Below are positions 18,610 to 28,708 of a DNA stretch of 64,000 bases, one piece after another. The notes beneath the pieces are model-generated. The model was not told where the DNA came from. It saw nothing but the letters and a program-made list of their open reading frames with translations, and made no database searches. The translations under genes and the position numbers were made by a program. The stretch comes from an uncultured cyanobacterium (GTDB taxonomy: Bacteria; Cyanobacteriota; Cyanobacteriia; PCC-9006; JAAUQQ01). The number at the start of each line of letters is the position of its first letter. Within the stretch, counting starts at the first letter, position 1. The stretch is taken from positions 4,352,001 to 4,416,000 of the forward strand of contig OY970368.1 of NCBI GenBank assembly GCA_963718615.1. The letters run 5' to 3'.

Positions 18610-18969
18610 CTAAGATGAAACCTCAAAAAATTCCACCCGATTAATTTTGAGTTCACGTCCTGAGCGAATATCTTCCATCGGACTTTGGCAGACTGGGCAG
18701 GCATATTGCAGACCGATCAGAGGAGAATATTCCCGTTGGCAAGGATGACAATAGGCCAGGAGGGGAATCTCTTGAATCACCAACTTTGCCTCGGCTAAAC
18801 AGGTATTTTGCCGCTGAATTTGAAAGGCAAACTGGAGGCTCGCGGGCTCAACGCAGGTAAATGCTCCAACAGTCAGATGCACCGCCCTAATCGATCGAGG
18901 CTCGGGTTGCTCCGCCATCCAGTCCTGAACGGTGAGGATGAGTGCTTTTGTCATATCCGTTTCGTGCAT
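18610..18969 (-). CDS. ghaA: HypA-like Ni chaperone (guanidine hydrolase accessory)
   Basis: Start MHE at 18969; CHPC...CPVC; SGREL. Confidence 0.9.
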   Translation of the reverse strand: MHETDMTKALILTVQDWMAEQPEPRSIRAVHLTVGAFTCVEPASLQFAFQIQRQNTCLAEAKLVIQEIPLLAYCHPCQREYSPLIGLQYACPVCQSPMEDIRSGRELKINRVEFFEVSS

Positions 18970-18980
18970 GGTCTCTCCTC

Positions 18981-20153
18981 CTATTGCCAGCCGCTGCCCA
19001 CATCCAGGTTGGCCTCTGCTTGGATGTAGTCCGGTTTTGCTGCACGAGGCAGTTTTCCGGACAACACAAGATGGGCCATCGTGTCGCAAATCACCCTGGT
19101 GGCCATGAGCGATGTGATGTCGCTGATGTCGTAGGGCGGCGAAACCTCAACGATTTCTAGGCCACAAACCGGTGCTTTTTCGACGATTTTACCTAGCATA
19201 TAGAGCGCTTCTCGGGGTAGCAGTCCTCCTGGTTCTGGCCAGCCCGTCCCCGGTACAAAGCCTGCATCAATGCAATCAATATCAAAGCTAATGTAGACAC
19301 AATCCGTGCCATCCATGGCCCGCTCTAGAGCAAAGTCCACCGCCGCATCTAGGCCCATACTGGTAATATCTGTGACCGTGAGGATATTGGTGGCCCGCTC
19401 CCGGCAGACTTTGACCCCCTGGCGAGGCACTTGCCACCCCCCAATGCCGAGCTGCACGAGGTTTTTTGCAGGCGCATTTTCCATGTTGGTGGCATGAAAC
19501 CAAGGGCAGGTGTGCATGCGCTCATCAAGGTCTGTTTCTTGGGTATCGACATGGCGATCGAAGTGAATAATGCCAACTTTCTTATCACCTAAATGTCGGC
19601 AAATGCCACGCACTGTTGGAAATCCAATGGAATGGTCGCCGCCTAAAATGATTGGGAAGGCACCAGAAGCAAAAATGTGAGCGATGCCCTTGGAAATCTG
19701 ATCAAAGGATTTTTCGTTGTTGGCTGGAATCGTAAAGATATCACCCACATCACAGAGCGTAATCTGTTCTCTTAGATCAATCCCCAGCTCGAAATTATAG
19801 GGAGTATACAGGGCAGAAATACGGCGAATTCCCTGGGGACCAAAGCGGGTGCCGGGGCGATAGGTCGTGCCGGAATCATGGGGCACCCCGACGATCGCCA
19901 CATCAAATTCACCCACCCGACGAACATCTTCAACGTAGGGGGCCTTGAGAAAGGTGTTAATACCGGCGTAGTGGGGGAGTTCGCCTCGGGAAAAGGTGGG
20001 AATGGAGCGATCGCGAATACTCTCCGCCGCTTCTAGGCCAAATTCTAAACCTTGGGATACTTCCTGCTGCCACCCGGTTAAGGGCAGTCGAGCCTCCTTT
20101 TCAAGTGCTTGCTGGGCTTCGCTGGGAGGCTGAAAGGTGGGTTGTTCGGTCAT
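18981..20153 (-). CDS. gdmH: Ni-dependent guanidine hydrolase (arginase/agmatinase family)
   Basis: GGDHS, FDRHVD, DIDCID, PGTGWPEPGG; behind a guanidine-I riboswitch and followed by hypA/hypB/ABC genes, as in Synechocystis sll1077-sll1082; start MTEQ at 20153. Confidence 0.92.
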   Translation of the reverse strand: MTEQPTFQPPSEAQQALEKEARLPLTGWQQEVSQGLEFGLEAAESIRDRSIPTFSRGELPHYAGINTFLKAPYVEDVRRVGEFDVAIVGVPHDSGTTYRPGTRFGPQGIRRISALYTPYNFELGIDLREQITLCDVGDIFTIPANNEKSFDQISKGIAHIFASGAFPIILGGDHSIGFPTVRGICRHLGDKKVGIIHFDRHVDTQETDLDERMHTCPWFHATNMENAPAKNLVQLGIGGWQVPRQGVKVCRERATNILTVTDITSMGLDAAVDFALERAMDGTDCVYISFDIDCIDAGFVPGTGWPEPGGLLPREALYMLGKIVEKAPVCGLEIVEVSPPYDISDITSLMATRVICDTMAHLVLSGKLPRAAKPDYIQAEANLDVGSGWQ

Positions 20154-20244
20154 CACACAGTCCAAAATTAGGTGACATGTGTAGACACATCGCTCGCACA
20201 ACTAAGCCCGGCAGAGGTAAGCTGTAGCAAAGCCAAGCGTCTAC

Positions 20245-20408
20245 CTTCTCCCGGGCTTTTATCCCGCCGTGTACTAAGGGACTTGAAGAAATCTGTTACC
20301 CCTTAGCGGCTTCTCTCGGACCAGTCATCTAGCGCCAATAGCCACCTTAATTGCTGACAAAAACTATAGGTGTTACTATGATGCTGCTAAATCGGAACCC
20401 TAGAAGCT
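20245..20408 (-). ncRNA. Guanidine-I (ykkC) riboswitch
   Basis: Minus strand GCTTCTAGGGTTCCG...CTGGTCCGAGAGAAGC...ACACGGCGGGATAAAAGCCCGGGAG; downstream TTACCTCTGCCGGGC can pair with GCCCGGGAGAAGGTAG as the expression-platform hairpin. Confidence 0.93.
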
Positions 20409-20511
20409 ATCTCTTTTTATTGATGCAAAACTTGCCAGAGACAATGGGCCTTTGACATGGATTGCTATTCTACCCTTACTAAATTGATACCAATGACTTG
20501 GCGGAGCTTCT

Positions 20512-20525
20512 GTATCAACCACAAC
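20512..20525 (-). promoter_or_regulatory. Possible NtcA site
   Basis: GTT-N8-TAC on minus strand (one mismatch to GTA-N8-TAC) upstream of a nitrogen-scavenging operon; the -10 element 22 nt downstream is imperfect. Confidence 0.4.
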
Positions 20526-20765
20526 GGAATCAGAAGTTGGCGCAGACTTCTGTGGCTTCTACCCTGTTTTTACGGTTAATTGAGACACATTATAGTAATC
20601 TGTAAACGACCCAGGTAATACATCTGATACGGTACTACGCTTGGTCCTTTATTTTGATTTTGATAGGTCACCGCAGTTTCGGTCAGGGTTGTAGATGGGG
20701 AGTCAAGCCATCGTCATACTCTCCCAGAGCCGTATACTTGAGGCCGTTCTCTATGCCGGTCTCCC

Positions 20766-22466
20766 ATGGCTGTTCCCCAAGACCCCTCCCCCAATCCACC
20801 CCAACGTCGCGACGACGATCATGCGCCAGCGGCAGTGCGACCTACGCCGAGCCCCCAGCGATCGCTCGCCGGTATCGCAGGTATCGTTGCCATTGCAACC
20901 CTCCTGAGCAAAGTCGTGGGACTGATACGGCAGGTGGCGATCGCCGCTGCCTTTGGGGTCGGGCCTGCGGTGGGGGCCTACGAGTTTTCCAGCATCATCC
21001 CCGGTTTTTTCCTCATTCTCCTCGGCGGGATTAATGGCCCCTTCCACAGCGCCATGGTCAGCGCCCTCGCCAAGCGCAAGCGGGAAGAAGCTGGGCCGCT
21101 GGTTGAACGCATTTCTACCCTCGTGGGTCTTGTGCTCCTGGGGGTGACGATTATCGTGGTCCTGGCTGCGCCCCTGCTGATTGACCTGATTGCACCGGGA
21201 CTCAGCAGTTCTGAAGTCGGGCTAGAGGTGCGGCGGATTGCCATCCAACAGTTGCGGATCATGGCTCCCATGGCCTGGTTTGCTGGGATGATTGGCATTG
21301 GCTTTGGAGCGCTGAATGCGGCGGATCAGTATTGGTTGCCCTCAATTAGTCCGCTGCTGTCTAGCCTAACGGTAATTCTGGGCGTGGCGATTCTGGGGCT
21401 GACGCTGGGGCCACGGCTGCTGTCGCCGGAATACGCCCTGGTGGGTGGCTTGGTCCTGGCGGGGACGACGCTGGCGGGGACGATTTTGCAATGGTTGGCC
21501 CAGGTGTGGGCGCAGAAGCGCGAGGGCTTGGGGCGACTGCGGCTGCGGTTTGGGTTTCAGGATTCCGGTGTCAAGGATGTGACGAAGGTGCTAGGACCGG
21601 CGCTGTTTGCCTCGGGGATGCTGCAAATCAATGTCTATACCGATATGATTTTCACGTCATTTTTGCCCGATCCAGCGGCGTCGGTGTCAGCCTTAAACTA
21701 CGCCAATTTGCTGGTTCAGGCTCCCTTGGGAATTTTGTCGAATATGATTTTGGTGCCGTTTTTGCCAGTGTTTTCGCGGCTGCGGGACCCCCAAGATTGG
21801 CCAGAGCTCAAGGACCGGATTCGCCAGGGGGTGGTGTTGACGGCGATCGCCATGCTCCCCGTCGGAGCCTTGATCCTTGCCCTCGCTAAACCCATTGTGC
21901 AAGTGGTCTACGAACGGGGTGCCTTCCAGGCCCAGGCGTCGCAAATTGTTGCAGCGGTCCTCATGGCCTATGCGGTGGGGATGTTTGTGTATCTAGGTCG
22001 TGATGTCTTGGTGCGGGTGTTTTATGGCCTGGGAGATGGCACGACCCCCTTCCGCATCAGCATGGTCAATATCTTTCTCAATGCCTTGCTAGATTTTATT
22101 TTTGTGCGTGTCTTCCATTGGGGAACTCCCGGTCTTGTCCTGGCAACCGTTGGTGTCAATATTGTTTCCTTTGGTGCGCTTCTTTGGATTTTGAACCGGC
22201 GGCTCCAAGGGCTGCGGCTGCGGCGTTGGGTCTGGCCGTTGCTGGGGCTACTGGGGGCAAGTGTGGTGAGTGGCGTGGTGGCCTCGTTGATTTTGCGTGG
22301 TATTCAGGCAGTGTTGCCGGTGCAAAATTTCTTTGGTCATGCGATGGAATTATCGGGATCTGGAATCGTGGGACTGATCCTTTTTATCTTAATGGCGTCG
22401 CAGTTGGGCCTGCCGGAGTTTGACCAGTTTACAGGGCGGATTCGGCAGAAAGTCCTGCGGCGATAG
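20766..22466 (+). CDS. murJ: Lipid II flippase MurJ
   Basis: ATLLSKVVGLIR, GGINGPFHSA, ALNYANLLVQAPLG, VYERGAF, RVFYGLGDGTTP. Confidence 0.95.
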   Translation: MAVPQDPSPNPPQRRDDDHAPAAVRPTPSPQRSLAGIAGIVAIATLLSKVVGLIRQVAIAAAFGVGPAVGAYEFSSIIPGFFLILLGGINGPFHSAMVSALAKRKREEAGPLVERISTLVGLVLLGVTIIVVLAAPLLIDLIAPGLSSSEVGLEVRRIAIQQLRIMAPMAWFAGMIGIGFGALNAADQYWLPSISPLLSSLTVILGVAILGLTLGPRLLSPEYALVGGLVLAGTTLAGTILQWLAQVWAQKREGLGRLRLRFGFQDSGVKDVTKVLGPALFASGMLQINVYTDMIFTSFLPDPAASVSALNYANLLVQAPLGILSNMILVPFLPVFSRLRDPQDWPELKDRIRQGVVLTAIAMLPVGALILALAKPIVQVVYERGAFQAQASQIVAAVLMAYAVGMFVYLGRDVLVRVFYGLGDGTTPFRISMVNIFLNALLDFIFVRVFHWGTPGLVLATVGVNIVSFGALLWILNRRLQGLRLRRWVWPLLGLLGASVVSGVVASLILRGIQAVLPVQNFFGHAMELSGSGIVGLILFILMASQLGLPEFDQFTGRIRQKVLRR

Positions 22467-22511
22467 GGGCGCGTTGCTGAACGAATCAATCTGGCAAATC
22501 AATCTGGCAAA

Positions 22512-22973
22512 TCAAGCTGGCAAAAAATCGTCGTCCAAAATTGCTTCGATCCCATAGGGGCAAGCTTGAGGAAATCGATTCAGGGGTAAACCTGTTTCAG
22601 CCTTCGCCTGCTTGATCGCCTGCCCATAGGCATCCGCCAGAACCTCTCGTCCAAAAACAAGTAAACTCGGCGAATCTGCCAGGGTCTCCCGAATTCGACG
22701 ACGATGCTCTAGGAGGCTGCTTTCCCAACTGCCACTGCGACGCTCTGGCTGAAACTGCCATTTCAGCAGGTGGAGGAGTACGACGATCAAGTTACTTTTG
22801 AGACTACGGCGCTCCCGTTTTCCCATATCTTCGATTTCCTCAATCACATGCACCCAATCGACGTCGGGATAGGCTTGCGATCGCAACTGCGCCACTGTCG
22901 TTTCTAACCATTGCAGATAATCCACCTCATATAGCTGGGTCGGAACAGCCTGGGTTTGCTCGATCGCGGCCAT
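22512..22973 (-). CDS. DUF29-family protein
   Basis: LYEVDYLQW, IEEIEDMGKRERR, HLLKWQFQP, FPQACPY. Confidence 0.9.
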   Translation of the reverse strand: MAAIEQTQAVPTQLYEVDYLQWLETTVAQLRSQAYPDVDWVHVIEEIEDMGKRERRSLKSNLIVVLLHLLKWQFQPERRSGSWESSLLEHRRRIRETLADSPSLLVFGREVLADAYGQAIKQAKAETGLPLNRFPQACPYGIEAILDDDFLPA

Positions 22974-22976
22974 AGG

Positions 22977-23459
22977 CTATACCTCCGGTACATTGCCCTG
23001 AATCACCAACACCGAGCAAGGTGCGTGGTGCAAAACAAAATTGCTGACACTGCCCATGAGCAACTCCGAAAAACCACTGCGACCCCGCCGCCCCAAAAGC
23101 ACGAGGTCTGCCCCCCAGGTTTTGGCTTGGTTGCAAATCAGCGCCCCCGGATCCCCCATGTCGCAACTCAGGGTTGTTTTCACCCCTGCCGCTTGGGCCT
23201 GGGCCTGATAGCCTTCCAAGCTGTCTTGGATTCTACGCAGATCGATTTGCATCATTTCCATGTCGATGGCGGGGAGCTCAAAGTTGGGAACCGCGCTCAA
23301 TCCTCCAAAATTCTCTCGCTGAAAACTAGAAGCCCACTGCAAACAGCTCATGAGATGAATCTCGCTGTCTTCGCGATGGGCGAGGTCGATGGCCTGGGCC
23401 AGCAGTTCCTCAGAGGTGTCCGAGCGATCGAGGGCAACCAGAATTTTGTGAAAGGCCAT
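22977..23459 (-). CDS. Universal stress protein
   Basis: KILVALD, GDPG, GRRGRSG, GSVSNFVLHHAPCSVLV; start MAFHK at 23459. Confidence 0.93.
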   Translation of the reverse strand: MAFHKILVALDRSDTSEELLAQAIDLAHREDSEIHLMSCLQWASSFQRENFGGLSAVPNFELPAIDMEMMQIDLRRIQDSLEGYQAQAQAAGVKTTLSCDMGDPGALICNQAKTWGADLVLLGRRGRSGFSELLMGSVSNFVLHHAPCSVLVIQGNVPEV

Positions 23460-23531
23460 GGTTCTTTGTTTTCGCAACTTTAAGGATCAGACGCTGGCAG
23501 GGGATCAACTCCCAAGCTCATTCTAATGGCC

Positions 23532-23595
23532 AGACACCGGGTGTCGTTGAAGATTTGGAATGAGCTGCAAGTTTGTGGACAGACACCCGGTGTCT
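23532..23595. repeat. 64-bp REP/MITE-like inverted-repeat element
   Basis: 14-bp IR AGACACCGGGTGTC/GACACCCGGTGTCT; same length and arms as 11948-12011 but different interior. Confidence 0.8.
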
Positions 23596-23634
23596 AGGGG
23601 AGAAAAACCAACTGGACCCGCCATCTTGATCTCC

Positions 23635-24216
23635 CTAAGCCGCAAAAATATCCGCAACGGTTAGGTTTAACTCAGGAAAACACCGGGACCGAATCAGGTC
23701 ATCCCCACCAAACTCGGTCGCCTCGTACAGATCATCCACCAGTAAACAAATCGTCACCCTCTGCGCCAAAGGATCAACAATCCAATATTCTTCAATGCCC
23801 AAGACATTGTATTCAGCCCGTTTAGTACGGTAATCGGTCCGCAACGTCGATTCACTCACCACCTCAACCACCAACAACGGCGGGGGTTCATTCAACCGAA
23901 TCACCGCTTCCCGTCGCGCCAACTCCTGCCATTGCTCCGTCGGCAAAACAACCACATCAGGAATTCGAGACGTATCCCAACGACCCCGTTGAGGAGATTG
24001 GATACCCACCATCATCAGCTTCGCAGTCCAGTTGAGACCAAGGCGCTTCGCTTCAGCATTGAACGCAACATAAATACATTCTGCGGCTCCGCCATGTTCA
24101 CCAGTTCCTAGAGACATCGGGATTAATTCTCCCTCGACAAGTTCATAGCGTTGGTCCGTACCATCGTCATAGCTGAGGTAGTCCTGGAAAGAAAACCGCT
24201 GGAGGGTCACCGTCAT
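23635..24216 (-). CDS. Uma2-family endonuclease
   Basis: RYELVEGEL, RIPDVVV, LVVEVVS, GIEEYWIVDP. Confidence 0.92.
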   Translation of the reverse strand: MTVTLQRFSFQDYLSYDDGTDQRYELVEGELIPMSLGTGEHGGAAECIYVAFNAEAKRLGLNWTAKLMMVGIQSPQRGRWDTSRIPDVVVLPTEQWQELARREAVIRLNEPPPLLVVEVVSESTLRTDYRTKRAEYNVLGIEEYWIVDPLAQRVTICLLVDDLYEATEFGGDDLIRSRCFPELNLTVADIFAA

Positions 24217-24305
24217 GGCTGAAAGCTCCGCTGAACAGATGTTCTTATCATAGTCATCATTCTGCTCCAGCGCTAAACCCTAGAGCAGAGTCCTAAAGCA
24301 ACATC

Positions 24306-26387
24306 CTAAAGCAACGTCCTCGCACCATTGGCCTCTCCCAAAACAATCGTCGAACAATCCAGCTGTTTGAGGAGCTGGCCCGTAATGCTGCTAAAGCCAA
24401 AGCCTTCCGCCGCAGTTTGGTGCCGCTGGGAATGCAAAATTACCAAATCAAAGTGGCTCGCCTCCTGCAAAATCACCCGACCCACATCATCCCCCCGCAG
24501 AATACGAGTCCGCACCGCACCAACTAACTGCGCTCGCTCAACCAGCAGCTTGGTTTCCGCCTGAGCCCAGTCCTCCCATTCTTGACCCAGGGAAGGCCCC
24601 AAAATATGCAACAACGTGATTTCCGCCTGGAGCGCAGCGGTTAAAAGTTGGGCAAAAACCACCATCTTCACCGCCCGTTCCGAAAAATTTTCCACGGGGA
24701 CCAAAATGCGAGAGAGCGATCGCGGCGACTGTTTCAAATGCGCCACCGCCACCGGACAAGGCGCGGACCCAAACACACTGTCCACCGTATTGCCAAACAG
24801 ACGCGCCCGCAGCGTCGTGGTATTGCTCCCTCCCATGACCACGAGATCAGCCCGCTGTTCTTGGCTAGCGCGGTAGATGCCCAAGGCCACCTGGTCGTCG
24901 ATGCGGAGGAGGGGATTGACGGCGATCGCAAACGTCTGACTGACTTCCTCCGCCTTGGCCAACAGCGCCTCACTGCGGGACATCGCCGTCGCCAACTGCT
25001 GCCGGTTCATGTGGGGCCGCGCCAGTGTAATCGCCAGGGGCACAATCCGTCCATTTTGGTGTTGGGCCAAAAGTGCCGCCAGCTCAATCAAATCGGTTTC
25101 GGTACGAGGGTTGTAAATCGGGACGACGACCGTAAAGGGATGGACCGTGACGCCATCGGCTGTGGGTGTGGGACTGAAGGTTTGACTGATGTTGGGGGCG
25201 ATCGCCCCTTCCGGCACCGGCAACCCCACCGCCGCCCGCGACACGATCAGCGGTCCCACCGTCGCCGTCACCAGCATCATCACCACAACGCTATTCAACA
25301 CATCGTCACTCAACATGCCAACGCGATTGCCCACCAGCGTCGCCGCCAGTGTCGTGGCCACCTGGGGAATCGACATCGACCACATCGTCAGCATTTCCTG
25401 CCAGGAATAGCGAAAGCTGAGTTTGGCCAACAGCGCCGCGATGAACTTACTGGCCATCAATCCCCCCACGATCGCCAAGGCCAACCCAAAGGCCGACACA
25501 CTGCTAATAAAGGCAGGCAAATCAATCAGCAGGCCAATGTTGACAAAAAAGATCGGAATAAACAGCACACTGCCCACAAATACAACTTTTTCCTTAACGG
25601 GACCATCCCCCACCACATCGTTAACGGCAAGACCCGACAAAAAGGCTCCGACGATTTTCTCAACGCCGATCAGTTGTGCTCCCAACGCTGCTACAAAAAC
25701 CGCTAATAAAACAAACAAAAACTGATTGCCTTCATCGCCGCCCGATCGCCGAAAGAAATCTCGACCAATGCGATCAATGCCAAACAACACCACCAGCGTA
25801 TAAAGCGCCAGGGAGATCAGCAGCGTCAACAGCTTGGCGACGCTAAATCCCCCCCCATGGACGCCCAAGCAAATCGCCAAGACAATCAGCGCCCCAATGT
25901 CCGTACAAATCGTCGCGCCAATGGTCACCGTAACCGCCTCATTGGCCACCACCCCCAACCGCCGCACAATCGGGTAGGTCATGAGGCTGTGGGACGCCAG
26001 CAGCGACCCGAGCAAAATCGCAGCATTCCAATCGAACTGAAACAAACGGCCAATGACAATGCCCGTGATCAAGGGAACGGTAAATGTCAACGCGCCAAAT
26101 CCAGCGGAGCGGTGCTTCACCTTGCGCAGTTGGTCTAGGTCAATTTCTAGCCCCGCCACAAACATCAGATAGAGCAGCCCAACATCGGCTAAAAGCTCCA
26201 TTACCGGCGAATCTACCGCAAGCAGCCCCAAGCCGTTTTGACCCAAGGCAACGCCAGCGGCCAGTAATCCTAGGACACCCGGCAGGCGCAGGCGTTCAAA
26301 CAGGGGCGGGACGATGAGACTGACCGCCAGCAAGAGGGCAAAAGAGCTGATGGGCTCTTCGTGGAAAAGGGACTGTAGGAGGTCCAT
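24306..26387 (-). CDS. CPA2 cation:proton antiporter with C-terminal USP domains
   Basis: LMFVAGLE, TDIGAL, EKIVGAF, IPIFFV; C-terminal APCPVAV, ILVPVEN. Confidence 0.9.
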   Translation of the reverse strand: MDLLQSLFHEEPISSFALLLAVSLIVPPLFERLRLPGVLGLLAAGVALGQNGLGLLAVDSPVMELLADVGLLYLMFVAGLEIDLDQLRKVKHRSAGFGALTFTVPLITGIVIGRLFQFDWNAAILLGSLLASHSLMTYPIVRRLGVVANEAVTVTIGATICTDIGALIVLAICLGVHGGGFSVAKLLTLLISLALYTLVVLFGIDRIGRDFFRRSGGDEGNQFLFVLLAVFVAALGAQLIGVEKIVGAFLSGLAVNDVVGDGPVKEKVVFVGSVLFIPIFFVNIGLLIDLPAFISSVSAFGLALAIVGGLMASKFIAALLAKLSFRYSWQEMLTMWSMSIPQVATTLAATLVGNRVGMLSDDVLNSVVVMMLVTATVGPLIVSRAAVGLPVPEGAIAPNISQTFSPTPTADGVTVHPFTVVVPIYNPRTETDLIELAALLAQHQNGRIVPLAITLARPHMNRQQLATAMSRSEALLAKAEEVSQTFAIAVNPLLRIDDQVALGIYRASQEQRADLVVMGGSNTTTLRARLFGNTVDSVFGSAPCPVAVAHLKQSPRSLSRILVPVENFSERAVKMVVFAQLLTAALQAEITLLHILGPSLGQEWEDWAQAETKLLVERAQLVGAVRTRILRGDDVGRVILQEASHFDLVILHSQRHQTAAEGFGFSSITGQLLKQLDCSTIVLGEANGARTLL

Positions 26388-26599
26388 GGAGCGCGCTCAC
26401 GGGGTACTGAATTTGACTTTCATAGCATAAGAGCGATATTGCGAGGGTTCAGCACTGTGGTTCATCACTGTGTCCATCACATCGGCTTCCCATCGGCCTG
26501 ATATCCTTGATATCTGGAGCTTGGTCTCTGCTTGGATCAAGCAACCGCTTTCAAACCTAAAATTCGTTCACCCCATTCGTTCACCCCACTCGTTCACCC

Positions 26600-28642
26600 A
26601 TGCCCACCCTGATTGCCGCCTCGCCAGCCTTTCCGCTGAGTGCCGTCGTTGGCCAAGATGCCATCAAGCTGGCCTTGTTGCTGTCCGCTGTTGATCCGGG
26701 TTTAGGGGGGGTGGTGATTGCGGGACGACGGGGCACTGCCAAATCCGTTATGGCGCGGGCGCTCCATGCTTTGCTGCCGCCGATTGAAATCGTCACAGGG
26801 TCGCTCAACTGCGATCCCCAACGGCCTGATGCCTGGGATGATGACACTGCTGCTCGCTTGGAGCCCCACCCCCCCATCGAAGCCCTAGCCACCGAAGTAA
26901 TTCCTGCCCCGTTCATTCAGGTGCCTCTGGGCGTCACCGAAGACCGACTGCTGGGGTCGGTGGATGTGAGCCGGTCGATTCAGCAAGGAGAGCCGGTGTT
27001 TTTGCCCGGTCTTTTGGCGGAGGCCCATCGGGGGGTGCTGTATGTCGATGAAATCAATTTGCTCGATGACCAGATCGCCAATTTGCTCCTGGGGGCGCTG
27101 AGCGAAGGGCGCAATATTATTGAGCGGGAAGGCATTAGTTTTCAGCATCCCTGCACGCCGTTGCTGATTGCCACGTACAACCCCGAGGAAGGGTCGCTGC
27201 GGGATCATTTGTTGGATCGGTTTGCGATCGCCCTCTCCGCCGACACCCCCCTTTCCATGGACAAACGGGTTCAAGCCGTAGACCAATCCCTGGGCTACGC
27301 CAATGATCCCCAAGGCTTTATGGACCGCTACGCCGAGGAAAACGACGGCCTCAAGACCCAGGTGCTCCTGGCACGGGAATGGCTCAAGGATGTGACGATT
27401 TCGACGGAACAGGTGAAGTATCTGGTGCTGGAAGCGATGCGCGGTGGAGTTCAGGGCCATCGGGCGGAGCTGTTTGCTGTGCGAGTTGCCAAGGCCTGTG
27501 CCGCTCTGGATGGCCGCACCGAAGTCAATGCAGATGATTTGCGCGCCGCAGTTCGCCTAGTGATTGTGCCCCGCGCCCATGTCATGCCGCCGCCCCTAGA
27601 AGACGAGCAGCCCGCGCCGCCACCGCCGCCCCAGTCCCCGGATGATGCCCAGGATGATTCCAACCCGGACGAGGATCAAACGGATGACAACGAGGACGAT
27701 AGCGAGGACGATGCCCCAGACCAGCCCGAGGATCAACAACAGGATCTGCCGGAGGAGTTTTTCTTTGACCCAGAGGGGGTGATTTTAGATGATTCGGTCA
27801 TGGCCTTTACTCAGCAGTTTAGTAAGCAGGGCAACTCGGGGGCGCGATCGCTCATCTTCTCCGAAGACCGAGGTCGCTATGTCAAACCCCTCCTGCCCCG
27901 TGGCCCCGTCAAACGCATTGCTGTAGACGCAACCCTACGCGCCGCTGCCCCCTACCAAAAAGCCCGCCGCGCCCGCAATCCTGGTCGCAATGTCATCGTT
28001 GAACAGGGGGATATCCGCTCGAAGCTGCTGATGCGCAAGGCCGGTGCGCTGGTGGTCTTCCTGGTGGATGCGTCAGGGTCGATGGCGGTGAACCGAATGC
28101 AGTCGGCTAAGGGCGCGGTGATTCGTCTGTTGACCGAAGCCTACGAAAACCGCGACCAAGTCGCGCTCATTCCCTTCCGGGGCGAACAGGCGGAAGTGCT
28201 GTTGCCGCCCACGCGATCGATTACTGCGGCGAAGAAACGGTTAGAAAAAATGCCCTGCGGCGGTGGTTCACCGTTATCCCATGGCTTAACCCAGGCGGCT
28301 CGGGTGGCGACGAATGCGATCGCCTCCGGTGACATCGGCCAAGCGGTGGTGGTGGCAATTACCGATGGTCGGGGGAATATTCCCTTGGCGCGATCCCTCG
28401 GTGAACCCCTGGAAGAAGGAGAAAAGCCCAATATCAAGGAAGAACTACTGGAAATCGCGGCGCAGTATCCTCGGTTGGGATTGCAACTGCTGGTGATTGA
28501 TACGGAGAATAAATTTATCTCGACGGGGTTTGCCAAGGAGTTGGCGGCGGCGGCCCAGGGGACCTATTACCATTTGCCAAAGGCGACGGACCAGGCGATC
28601 GCCGCTGCAACCCAAAGTGCACTGAAACAGGCAATGGGCTAG
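26600..28642 (+). CDS. chlD: Magnesium chelatase subunit D
   Basis: [11 protein letters not shown] domain, poly-Pro/acidic linker, vWA DASGS, GGGSPL, ITDGRGN. Confidence 0.97.
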   Translation: MPTLIAASPAFPLSAVVGQDAIKLALLLSAVDPGLGGVVIAGRRGTAKSVMARALHALLPPIEIVTGSLNCDPQRPDAWDDDTAARLEPHPPIEALATEVIPAPFIQVPLGVTEDRLLGSVDVSRSIQQGEPVFLPGLLAEAHRGVLYVDEINLLDDQIANLLLGALSEGRNIIEREGISFQHPCTPLLIATYNPEEGSLRDHLLDRFAIALSADTPLSMDKRVQAVDQSLGYANDPQGFMDRYAEENDGLKTQVLLAREWLKDVTISTEQVKYLVLEAMRGGVQGHRAELFAVRVAKACAALDGRTEVNADDLRAAVRLVIVPRAHVMPPPLEDEQPAPPPPPQSPDDAQDDSNPDEDQTDDNEDDSEDDAPDQPEDQQQDLPEEFFFDPEGVILDDSVMAFTQQFSKQGNSGARSLIFSEDRGRYVKPLLPRGPVKRIAVDATLRAAAPYQKARRARNPGRNVIVEQGDIRSKLLMRKAGALVVFLVDASGSMAVNRMQSAKGAVIRLLTEAYENRDQVALIPFRGEQAEVLLPPTRSITAAKKRLEKMPCGGGSPLSHGLTQAARVATNAIASGDIGQAVVVAITDGRGNIPLARSLGEPLEEGEKPNIKEELLEIAAQYPRLGLQLLVIDTENKFISTGFAKELAAAAQGTYYHLPKATDQAIAAATQSALKQAMG

Positions 28643-28653
28643 TCTTGGGACAA

Positions 28654-28708
28654 GGACCCTGCATGGGATGTGGAAGGCACAGGCCCGTACCGTTCGATCT
28701 AAATTCAT
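28654..28708. repeat. 55-bp direct repeat, copy 1 (contains the AIPR stop)
   Basis: GGACCCTGCATGGGATGTGGAAGGCACAGGCCCGTACCGTTCGATCTAAATTCAT; 54/55 identical to 30469-30523. Confidence 0.92.

Noticed and set aside
17848-18969. Hydrogenase maturation locus (hypA/hypB)
   Set aside because: No hydrogenase genes; context indicates Ni delivery to guanidine hydrolase
18981-20153. Agmatinase speB
   Set aside because: The riboswitch, Ni chaperones and FDRHVD/GWPEPGG variants fit GdmH better
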